NCBI GenBank assembly: GCA_049968255.1
Contig: JBMFRB010000009.1
Location: 1-64,000 of the forward strand
Origin: Candidatus Sumerlaeaceae bacterium
GTDB taxonomy: Bacteria; Sumerlaeota; Sumerlaeia; Sumerlaeales; Sumerlaeaceae
Reading direction: 5' to 3'
Length of the DNA stretch: 64,000 bases
Part shown: positions 34,267 to 42,684 of the stretch, one piece after another
Position numbering within the stretch: the first letter of the stretch is position 1
Layout of the letters: each line of letters starts with the position of its first letter
Notes under the pieces: model-generated
Databases searched by the model: none
What the model saw: only the letters and a program-made list of their open reading frames with translations
Told to the model about the DNA's origin: nothing
Position numbers and translations under genes: made by a program

Positions 34267-36111
34267 TTATGATTTTGGCTCGGCTTCCACGCCTTGGAAC
34301 TCGAGGAACTCGCATCGGATCTTCGCGCGCTCAAGATCAACCGGCACGCCCTCCTGTGTCTGTACGAATCTCCATTGTTTGGCTGTCGCCGCCGGCTGAG
34401 CCTCTAGGTCTATCCGCTGAAGGTAAACGGGACACGAAGCCACAGCGTAGCAGTTATAAAATTCAAAGCAGCGCTCTCCCACGCGCGATTCTTCACGTTC
34501 GACGATGCCCCGAACTTCCTCTTTGCTGGGCACCGATGATGCCAGAGCCATGAGCGACGAATTTGGATAATAGTGCTCCAGGATCTCACGATAGTTCTTG
34601 CCGCGGTAGGCCATCATCGTAGCGCCGACCTGACACATGCCGGCACCGTGTCCCCAACCAGCACCCTTGAGGATCACTGTGGCGATGGTCCCATCCGCAT
34701 TGCGCTCGTAGTTCACAACGAAAGCCGAGCTGTAAAGGAACGACGGACTCAGCGCTTCTCGGATAGAGTATTGCTTGGCGACTGTGCCGAGCACCCATGA
34801 ACCGCGCGTGCCCACGACGCGCAGGTATTCCACGCGTCCCGATGCTCCTCGCGAGATTGGCTCGAGCGCCTCAAGCCGTCCGATATCCACGCCAAGGTAT
34901 TGAGATAGCCGCTCTTCGAGTTCCCGGCGATCGAGCCGAATCTCCCAACGAAAGTAAGGTGCAGAATAACGCAGGTAAGGTGGCACGTCGTCGCCAGTGG
35001 TGTTGCACCACACATCCGGTTTTGCGGCGATAAGCGCCGCTGCGTGCTCCTCCGTGTTTGCAGGGAAGTATTGTTCGACTTCGGAGCCAGCTGGCGCATC
35101 TGGCTTAGCCACGAGATAGCCACGGGGCTCCTCGTTCCACACGCTGTCAAAACTCTCAATGATACCTCCGCACATTTTCGAGTAGCGGCAGTCGCACACC
35201 TCTCCATTGTGCACGAGAACCTCACCTAGTGTGGCGAGAGTCACACGCCGCGAATCGGCTGTTTCGCGCGAGGATCCTCGATAGCATTGGCAATGGTCAT
35301 CTGCGCACAGGTGGAAAGGATCGGCATAATGGTGTTTGCCCATCGTGGCAAAGAGGGTATTGCGTGCGGCGACCGTCTGGGCCTTGAGCAGTTCCTCGGG
35401 CATGACCGACATCATCTCCGACGAGTTCACCGAAAAAAGGTAGGCCTCGGCCGGCAGCTCGTTGATCGCGGTCAGCAGCCCCTTATTGTCGACCCGTATT
35501 TCCACGACACCGCGGAAGCGCTGGCGTTCATAGTGCTTCCAGTGAAAACTCACTCCGACAATCACATCGTGAATGACTGCGCGATCGTTGTCGGGATCGC
35601 ATGGCTCGAACCGAACCCATTGGCCTGCCCGCAGCACGAGGTCCCCCGCGTGCACACGAACCATGCCACGGGGCGCCTCGACGCACTCGGTCATGAGGGA
35701 GACGCGTTCACGTTTCGGCAATCGCGCTTGCAGCGTCGTCGCTTCTTCCTCTGTGCCATAGCGCCGCGAGCAACGCCAGTATTCGACGCTGGAAATTCCG
35801 GCCGCAAACTCGTACCCAAGTCGCAAAGTTTCCAAGGGATCAAGGACAGGATGCGGTGAGCTCACTGCATCGGCGACCTCGCGCTTAGGCGATTTCGCCA
35901 GGACGAGCCGATAGCCAAGCACTGCGGGCCGCGCCTCGACCACAGTGAACCGAAAATCCGCCGCCTCGAGCAAGCGCTCATCTCCCCGTGCGCCCGATGC
36001 CGTGACGATGCGATAGCGGCCCCGCAGCGAAACTCGAATCTGCTGCTGGTGTTGAAGGATCCCGATGCGTACGCGGGGACCCCACCACTCAGAATAACTG
36101 AGTTTCTCCAT
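34267..36111 (-). CDS. SpoIID/LytB domain protein
   Basis: EAYLFSVNSSEM, LKAQTVAAR, CADDHCQCY, GWGHGAGMCQ, YREILEHYYP. Confidence 0.9.
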   Translation of the reverse strand: MEKLSYSEWWGPRVRIGILQHQQQIRVSLRGRYRIVTASGARGDERLLEAADFRFTVVEARPAVLGYRLVLAKSPKREVADAVSSPHPVLDPLETLRLGYEFAAGISSVEYWRCSRRYGTEEEATTLQARLPKRERVSLMTECVEAPRGMVRVHAGDLVLRAGQWVRFEPCDPDNDRAVIHDVIVGVSFHWKHYERQRFRGVVEIRVDNKGLLTAINELPAEAYLFSVNSSEMMSVMPEELLKAQTVAARNTLFATMGKHHYADPFHLCADDHCQCYRGSSRETADSRRVTLATLGEVLVHNGEVCDCRYSKMCGGIIESFDSVWNEEPRGYLVAKPDAPAGSEVEQYFPANTEEHAAALIAAKPDVWCNTTGDDVPPYLRYSAPYFRWEIRLDRRELEERLSQYLGVDIGRLEALEPISRGASGRVEYLRVVGTRGSWVLGTVAKQYSIREALSPSFLYSSAFVVNYERNADGTIATVILKGAGWGHGAGMCQVGATMMAYRGKNYREILEHYYPNSSLMALASSVPSKEEVRGIVEREESRVGERCFEFYNCYAVASCPVYLQRIDLEAQPAATAKQWRFVQTQEGVPVDLERAKIRCEFLEFQGVEAEPKS

Positions 36112-36144
36112 CTCATCTCCTCGCGCTGAAATTGAGGGCTAGTG

Positions 36145-37806
36145 TTATGCCTCTTCTGCCACGCTCGCAAAGCGGTCGCTGCTCGCTGAATTCCTGCCGC
36201 AGCGCCGCTCAATGATCGAAAGCAGGTCATCCAGGCTTTCGCGCGAGCATTCTCCCATAAAGCAAATCTGGATCCAGTTGCGCTCAAGTAGGTACTCGCT
36301 CATGTAGCTGAGCAGGAAGCCGGCCTCCTCGAGCTCGCGTCCCACGTCGAAAGAGCGCAGGTGTGGCGGTAGCACCAGTGTGATCACGGCCGGTGCCGCA
36401 TGCTCCTCCGGCGCCAGCACGGTCAGGCCTGCCTGGCGCAGACGCTCGCGAGCCCACGCGGAAATCTCTGCACGTTGCGCGAAAGGCGGATGTGCCTCGA
36501 AGCGTTCTAGAGCGGCCTTCAAAGCACGGATGAGGTTCGATGAGTGGGTGAAGGGCACGCCCTCTTTTGAGGCGTAATAGCCCAGATCGAGGTAGCGCGG
36601 CAAAGATTTTGCTGGGATGACTTTGTGGTTATAAAACACCATCGACAATCCCGGGAATGAGCCAATCCCCTTGCCACTCACCGCGGAAGCAAGGTACAAT
36701 TCGCTCATGTCCAGCGGCACAATGCCAAAAGACGAAATGCAGTCCATGGCCAGCTTAATGCCGCGCTCCTTAGCAATAGCGAGTAATGTCGGCAAGTTGT
36801 TGAGAATACCTGTGGACGTCTCGCAGTGCACCCCCCACATCCAGCCCAGCTTTGGACTTTGCTCCACACGCGCACGCAAGGCCTCGTAGTCAAACGGCTC
36901 GCCATAAGGAGCGTCGAAAACCTCGAAGGCTAGGCCAAAACGCGACGCAGCGTCGGCAAGCCGCCAGCCGAACTCACCGTTGGCGAGAACAAGACCAGGC
37001 CTATTGAGCAGCTTCAATTGCGCACCGACCACATCATTGGCCAGCGTGCCTGAACCGACGAAGATCTCGACATGTCGAGCCTTTGTCAGCCGGCACAGTT
37101 GCACCTTCATGCCCTGAAATTCGCGCATAAACTCCTTGCCGCGATGCGACACAGGTGCCTGCGCAAACGCCGCCTGTACGTCGGGATGAATGTTCACGGG
37201 ACCCGGCAGGAAATTTGCCACACGGGTCTCAGATTCATTCTCCATACCGAGGATTTCCTCCGGACCGAGAACCTGCATGGTGATTTTTTCGAATTCCTTC
37301 TTTGTCATGTACATCGGCTGAAATTGCGCCCCAGGGCTGCCCACAAGCGGCCCAAAAGGCACAAAGCCCAGATGTTGATATAATTTGAGCTGGCGAGTGG
37401 TTCCGCTGATGAGCGCCAGGTCATAACCCTTACGCAAGGCGTAACGGGCTAGTTCCAGTGCCAGGCCGCGGAACACGCGCCCCGTGCGAAATTCTGGCTC
37501 CACTGCCAGCAAGCGAATTTCGCACATGGCATTTGCTGGGGGCAAGAGATCGTCAAGATCCGCTAGCTTCAGATCCAGCGAAAAGGGGCGGCGATCCCGC
37601 ACTGCCAACATTCCCACCACCCGGCCGTCGCATACGCAAATCAGATAGGTGTTTTCATCATGGAAACGATCCACGAGCTTCCCCTCTTCATTCGGCTGAT
37701 GCTGGGGGATCTCTTTGACAAAAGTCCGGTAATTGAGCCTGTGAATCTGCTCGAACTCTTCCGGCTCAGTGGCCACTTTGAATGTAAGCGGCTTATGCGA
37801 TTTCAT
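36145..37806 (-). CDS. GNAT (FeeM/acyl-amino-acid-synthase-like) domain fused to class V PLP-dependent aminotransferase
   Basis: N-terminal EIRLLAVEPEFR and YQHLGF; C-terminal FLPGPV, HCETSTG, SVSGK (PLP lysine). Confidence 0.85.
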   Translation of the reverse strand: MKSHKPLTFKVATEPEEFEQIHRLNYRTFVKEIPQHQPNEEGKLVDRFHDENTYLICVCDGRVVGMLAVRDRRPFSLDLKLADLDDLLPPANAMCEIRLLAVEPEFRTGRVFRGLALELARYALRKGYDLALISGTTRQLKLYQHLGFVPFGPLVGSPGAQFQPMYMTKKEFEKITMQVLGPEEILGMENESETRVANFLPGPVNIHPDVQAAFAQAPVSHRGKEFMREFQGMKVQLCRLTKARHVEIFVGSGTLANDVVGAQLKLLNRPGLVLANGEFGWRLADAASRFGLAFEVFDAPYGEPFDYEALRARVEQSPKLGWMWGVHCETSTGILNNLPTLLAIAKERGIKLAMDCISSFGIVPLDMSELYLASAVSGKGIGSFPGLSMVFYNHKVIPAKSLPRYLDLGYYASKEGVPFTHSSNLIRALKAALERFEAHPPFAQRAEISAWARERLRQAGLTVLAPEEHAAPAVITLVLPPHLRSFDVGRELEEAGFLLSYMSEYLLERNWIQICFMGECSRESLDDLLSIIERRCGRNSASSDRFASVAEEA

Positions 37807-37934
37807 AAAGCCTTTCGCTCCTCCCACGTGCTCCCAGGAGCTTGCCCGCGGGGTGCTCGTGAATCGCCTTTGCTATTTTTTTATTTCTCAAGCTGCGTTT
37901 ATCGTATATCTGTTGAAGTGAGTTCAAGCATTGT

Positions 37935-38879
37935 CTAGCAAGAAAACGCTTCGAAAGCCAGTCCTGCCGCGCCAACAATTCCTGCATCTGCGCCGAGCTG
38001 AGCGACACAAATGTGTGCTCGCTCCGCGGGGCGCCGAAAGGCACGCGCACGGGCGAAATCACGCAGCGGCGTAAAAATGAATTCGCCCGCTCCAGTCAAA
38101 GCACCGCTGTAGATCAGGCGCTCGGGATTCAGGATATTAATGACGCTTGCAGCCGCAATGCCAAGAGCTTTGCCCACGTCGTAGAGCACCTGTCTCGCGA
38201 AGGCATCGCCTGCAATCGCTGCGTCGTAGACAATCCGTGCGCCAAACGTTTGCTCTTCACCAGCAGGTATGCATATCGAGGTTTGCACGCCACTTGCCAG
38301 CGCTTCGCGCACGACACGTCGGATTGCAGTGGCACTGGCGTAGGCTTCGAGGCATCCGCGCGAGCCGCAGTTGCAGAGCGGACCGTTAAAATCTATGGTC
38401 ATATGACCAAGCTCTCCTGCCGTATCGTCGGGACCGGTGTAAAGCTTGCCATTGAGGATGAGGCCGCCGCCCACACCTGTGCCAAGTGAGAAAAGCACCA
38501 TGTTCTCACAGCCGCGACCGGCTCCTGCCCAGAACTCCCCGTACGCCGCTGCGTTTGCATCATTGTGAAGGACCACTGGCAGGCCGAGTGCATGTTCAAG
38601 CCGCTCGCGCACGGGCGCATTTTCCCACCCCGGGAGATTTGGAGCTTCATAAACGATGCCGAGCCGCGAGTTCATTGGCCCAGGCACACCCATGCCCACG
38701 CCACGCACGTTGTGGCGCGTAGCCAGCTCACGAGCCGTTTTCGTCACTCGTTCGATAACGCTTTCAAATCCTTCCTGGGCGTGTGTTGGAATTTTCATCT
38801 GCTCCACGATGCGCCCGTCAGCGTCCACGATGCCAAACTTTGTGTCAGTCCCGCCAAGATCGATTCCTAGCATCAGCAT
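37935..38879 (-). CDS. ROK family sugar kinase (glucokinase-like)
   Basis: GIDLGGT, NDANAAAYGE, GTGVGGG, GELGH, CNCGSRGCLE. Confidence 0.93.
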   Translation of the reverse strand: MLMLGIDLGGTDTKFGIVDADGRIVEQMKIPTHAQEGFESVIERVTKTARELATRHNVRGVGMGVPGPMNSRLGIVYEAPNLPGWENAPVRERLEHALGLPVVLHNDANAAAYGEFWAGAGRGCENMVLFSLGTGVGGGLILNGKLYTGPDDTAGELGHMTIDFNGPLCNCGSRGCLEAYASATAIRRVVREALASGVQTSICIPAGEEQTFGARIVYDAAIAGDAFARQVLYDVGKALGIAAASVINILNPERLIYSGALTGAGEFIFTPLRDFARARAFRRPAERAHICVAQLGADAGIVGAAGLAFEAFSC

Positions 38880-38969
38880 AATACCGTCAAGCCAAGGTTG
38901 GGAGCGTTTCATGTCAACGACAATGGACAAAGAGTTTGGGATAAGTTCCTAGCGCATCTCCTGCGAAAA

Positions 38970-39941
38970 TCATCGCACCCTTATCAATGGCGAGCGTTTC
39001 CGCGACCGCCGCCTCTGCCCCTGTTTCCGCCCATAGAAAAGCATACACGGAGAGCTCGAAGCGACGTAGGGCTCCCCTTCGTATGATCCAAAAATTTGCA
39101 CCACTTCGAACCCGGCCCGACGAAGCGCTGCCACGAGCTCGCGCCGACTGTAAAGACGCAGGTAATAATCCGCCACCTCCGTACGGTTTCCCACCGTGAA
39201 ACGTGTGACATTCGAAAGAACTCTGCGCAAGCGGTCGTAGCTAAACTCTTCCTCTATCTCGAAATCCTTTGTGATGAGCCAACGGCGCGGAGCACTCATC
39301 ACGGCTTCGATAAGCGGCCGGGGATTTGGCGCTTCCAGAAGAAGCTGGCCACCCGAAATCAGGACTCGCCCAATCTCCTGAAGCACGAGTTCATTTTCGG
39401 CGATCGGAGCAGCCTGAGCAGCTTCGGCCACATCGGCAGGCGTGTCGCCCGTCTTATAACTGCCGAATTCAGGAGAGACAAGTTTGCGCTCATAAAAGAC
39501 TTGCGGCAGTTTCCACAACTCTCGCTTCACATCGAGCGAGGGGGAGGCCGGTGGTTGTACAAAATAGCCAAAGCTATTGAACAACAGCACAACGGCGTCA
39601 AACGAAGCATCGCGCAATGGCAAGCGTCGCATATCACCTCGGATGGCTGAAAATCGCCCCACCTGACGTCGCGGCATAGTGGCCAGTGCTCGTGCCAGAT
39701 ATTCGTGGTTGTGGTCCAGCCCCACAACCCACGCGTGTCGTGAGAAAATTCGCGCGTGGCGGCCAAATCCGCAAGCGAGGTCCAAAACACGTTTGCCGTC
39801 GAGTTCAAGGATGTGCCGCGCGAACTCTGCTTCCCGCCGTGTTTGCGAAGGCGGCAGCAAATGCCGGCTGTAAAGTTCTCCGTAAAGTTTGCCAAAATAG
39901 CGCTTCGTCCAGTCACCTGGCCCTGGGCCATGCGCCGTCAT
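38970..39941 (-). CDS. Class I SAM-dependent methyltransferase
   Basis: VLDLACGFGRHA, GDMRRLP, FNSFGYF, with an internal insertion of about 50 aa. Confidence 0.88.
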   Translation of the reverse strand: MTAHGPGPGDWTKRYFGKLYGELYSRHLLPPSQTRREAEFARHILELDGKRVLDLACGFGRHARIFSRHAWVVGLDHNHEYLARALATMPRRQVGRFSAIRGDMRRLPLRDASFDAVVLLFNSFGYFVQPPASPSLDVKRELWKLPQVFYERKLVSPEFGSYKTGDTPADVAEAAQAAPIAENELVLQEIGRVLISGGQLLLEAPNPRPLIEAVMSAPRRWLITKDFEIEEEFSYDRLRRVLSNVTRFTVGNRTEVADYYLRLYSRRELVAALRRAGFEVVQIFGSYEGEPYVASSSPCMLFYGRKQGQRRRSRKRSPLIRVR

Positions 39942-42403
39942 GCGCTTTGCCTCCGGGCAAGTTCGTCGCGGATTTCGCGTTCGAGAGCTGCATAGTCGAC
40001 GTCCGCCCGCTGATAAGTCTCGTCGAACAGCTTGGCGTGGTGCTCAAACTCGTGAATGTCTTTGTATCCTTCGAGCATGCAATGCTGGCAATCGAAATCC
40101 TCTTCGGGTGTGCTCACGCGACGACGGAAATCCTCATATGCGGGGCCAACCCAAGCCTCGACAAAATCCATGCCGCGGAGCGAGCCGAGGCGCGAATCGT
40201 TGACGCAGCAAGGGCCCAGCGAACCATCGGCATGCACGAGCACAAAACCGTAAGGTTCCACGCACTTGAGCCGTGGCGCGTCTGGCGAATTCTTTCCCTC
40301 GGCCGTGTGCTCATCGGTTTGGCTTGTTCGCTGTTGTCCGAAAAAGCCAGGAAGATAGAGGGCGAGCCCAAGTTCCTCGGCCACTCGTTTGGCGTCGGCC
40401 ATGCAGCGATCCGAAAGCTCCTGATAAAAATAGAGCGACTCCGTGAGCAGCTCGCGGCTGTAGACCTGCAAAAATCCTACGTTCACCGCGTCGGCGCCAA
40501 GATCCTTCGCCATTCTTACGAAATCAGGGAGTTGTTCAATGTTCGACCTTTGCGCCACGAAATTCAAGGCCACGCGCGGACGTGTGCGCTTCAGCTCGCG
40601 TCGCAGCCGGGTGAGAGTTCGCACGTTGTCAATCACGCGATGGAAAAGCTTAGAGCCACGGATTTTTTCAAATGTCTTCGCGTCCACTCCATCAATCGAA
40701 ATCCATAGCTCATGTAGCCCCAATTCGATGAGGCGTCGTGATATCGCTTCCCCAAGCAGCAAGCCGTTCGTGATAATGCGCACGGCACAATGTTCATGTG
40801 GCACCTCGGCCAGCATCTCCATGAGCTGCGGGTGCAGGAATGTTTCTCCACAACCCGTGAAATGGATGAGGTCCATGTAGCGCAGCAGCGGCCGGATTTT
40901 AGCAAACACATCCAGGGAAATGCGTTTGCGCGGACCAGAGAGAACTGTTTGTGTGCACATCGGGCAGCGTAAGTTGCACTCATCCGTCACCTCAATGTAC
41001 ATGCGATGGGGATAGCTAGCTACGCGGCGCAAACCATGCCGATGCTCATAGTTACGGATTTCGGCGTTAAGGCGGCGTGCCACTGAGTCCTTGGCCACTG
41101 CATCAAGAGTTTGCCGCACAACATCAAGGTACTCCATAGGCGGCTCATTGTGGGCTGACTCTTCGTAAGCTGCTAGGAGGTAAGGCACTTCCCAGACGTT
41201 GCGGTTGGCCGGTGCCTGACATTCGTAGCAGTCGCGGGAGAAACACCCCCTGGCTGCCTGCTCACGCAAAGAAATCCAGTCCGCATCGTCCCACTCGTGC
41301 CTAACGTGGCCACGGCGCAATGTTTGTTGCGTGAAGCAGCTCGATGCCATGTTTCCTGCTAGGTGAGCAGACCCGTAAGCTCGCCTATAGAATGCGGGTT
41401 CGTGGCTATCCATGCCCAGGAGAGCAGGGGCGCCGATGAGCTCAATGTTCATGTTCTTACAACGCGCCACAAAGCGCGAAAGAGTTTCCTGCGCTTCTTC
41501 CTGACAAAAAAAGAGCGAACGTGGGATGGCCGCGGCATCCCGCGCGCGTTCCAAAAACAGCGCAATCGAATGAGGTCTGAATTGCGCGTCTAAGAGCGAG
41601 TCTGTTGCAAGCCAGGACAGGTTTTTGCGATTGAGACGCAGCTGCCATCCGAAATGAATCATCTGCCCAGGATTCTCGTGATTCCACTCCCATAGAAATC
41701 TAGTGACTTTGGGGAGCGCCTCGTGCGGCGGCGGCAAGACCTCACCGTTGCCAAAGTCTACGATCAGCGTTTGGCACAAAACGGACTCAAAAAAAGTTTT
41801 CAGCTCGCCAGCTTCCAGCAGTGCCGGATGACGCACGAGCAGACGCGCCGCACAGGGAGCTTGTACAAAATGAGCTCCGAGACTCGCTAAGCACGCGGCG
41901 CTTGGGGCAGGCCAAACATCAGCGACAATGGTGAATTCTCGCGCCCAAAGCAGAACGCTGGCTAGTGCGTTCGACAATTCTCCCTGATCAGCAAGCTGCG
42001 AAAGGTAAAGGACGCCGTGCGTCGGCAGCGATGCGACACGACCTAGCCCTCGATGGAATTCCACTTCTTGCAATGCCGCATTGAGTGCGTGTGCCGCCAG
42101 CGGATCCGAGCACTCTTCGAGGGCCCTGCGCAGGGAGTGCTGAAACTCTCCAAAGTTGTCATGGTTTCCCTTCCGACTCTGCGGAGGCGCTCCCTCGTTA
42201 CCAGGATCAGAAGCTTCCTCAGCAAGCCGATAAAAGGCGCGATAAGCCGCCTGGGCTAATTTCGGATGACGTGCGAGCCATGCAGGCTCCTGCGCCAGCA
42301 AAGCCAGTGCGCGACACGTCAGTTCGCGCATGAGTGGCTGGCGGGCGAATGCTCGCGCAGCTTGATGTGCCAGAGATGGCTGTGAGACCTTAGCATGTTC
42401 CAT
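39938..42403 (-). CDS. Radical SAM/SPASM protein with degenerate duplicated N-terminal half
   Basis: CNLRCPMC, TGCGETFLHP, ITNGLLL, and SPASM/twitch cysteines CVEP..GPCC..CQHC in the C-terminal half. Confidence 0.88.
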   Translation of the reverse strand: MEHAKVSQPSLAHQAARAFARQPLMRELTCRALALLAQEPAWLARHPKLAQAAYRAFYRLAEEASDPGNEGAPPQSRKGNHDNFGEFQHSLRRALEECSDPLAAHALNAALQEVEFHRGLGRVASLPTHGVLYLSQLADQGELSNALASVLLWAREFTIVADVWPAPSAACLASLGAHFVQAPCAARLLVRHPALLEAGELKTFFESVLCQTLIVDFGNGEVLPPPHEALPKVTRFLWEWNHENPGQMIHFGWQLRLNRKNLSWLATDSLLDAQFRPHSIALFLERARDAAAIPRSLFFCQEEAQETLSRFVARCKNMNIELIGAPALLGMDSHEPAFYRRAYGSAHLAGNMASSCFTQQTLRRGHVRHEWDDADWISLREQAARGCFSRDCYECQAPANRNVWEVPYLLAAYEESAHNEPPMEYLDVVRQTLDAVAKDSVARRLNAEIRNYEHRHGLRRVASYPHRMYIEVTDECNLRCPMCTQTVLSGPRKRISLDVFAKIRPLLRYMDLIHFTGCGETFLHPQLMEMLAEVPHEHCAVRIITNGLLLGEAISRRLIELGLHELWISIDGVDAKTFEKIRGSKLFHRVIDNVRTLTRLRRELKRTRPRVALNFVAQRSNIEQLPDFVRMAKDLGADAVNVGFLQVYSRELLTESLYFYQELSDRCMADAKRVAEELGLALYLPGFFGQQRTSQTDEHTAEGKNSPDAPRLKCVEPYGFVLVHADGSLGPCCVNDSRLGSLRGMDFVEAWVGPAYEDFRRRVSTPEEDFDCQHCMLEGYKDIHEFEHHAKLFDETYQRADVDYAALEREIRDELARRQSA

Positions 42404-42469
42404 CGACGATCAGACACAAAACCTATTCTTCGTAAGCTTACCGCAGTGGGCGAAAAACGTTCCGTGAGC

Positions 42470-42514
42470 AAAAGAAAGGGGGCGGATGCCGTGTGGTTGA
42501 GGCAACCGCCCCCT
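42470..42514 (-). terminator. Strong intrinsic terminator
   Basis: Minus strand AGGGGGCGGTTGCC-N10-GGCATCCGCCCCCT-TTCTTTT. Confidence 0.8.
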
Positions 42515-42625
42515 CATCCATGAGTCCTAGAACCCGGACCAACGTGTTTCTCGACCCTCTCGCTTCTCACTCCCTGTGCCGACTTCGGTGCAGGAGTCTC
42601 GGCAGCTGAGGACTATTCAGTTGTT
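42470..42625 (-). ncRNA. Candidate small RNA or regulatory leader ending in the terminator
   Basis: AGTCCT...AGGACT closing stem, internal hairpin and purine-rich tract in a 280-bp non-coding gap; strand uncertain. Confidence 0.3.
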
Positions 42626-42684
42626 TCCAAGAGATGAACATGCGTGCCTACGGTCTGCCTGAGCATGTAAGCACGAAAATTCGG

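Noticed and set aside
42437-42541. Possible RiPP precursor peptide upstream of the radical SAM/SPASM gene
   Set aside because: The only candidate has a TTG start, runs through the terminator and lacks leader/core features.
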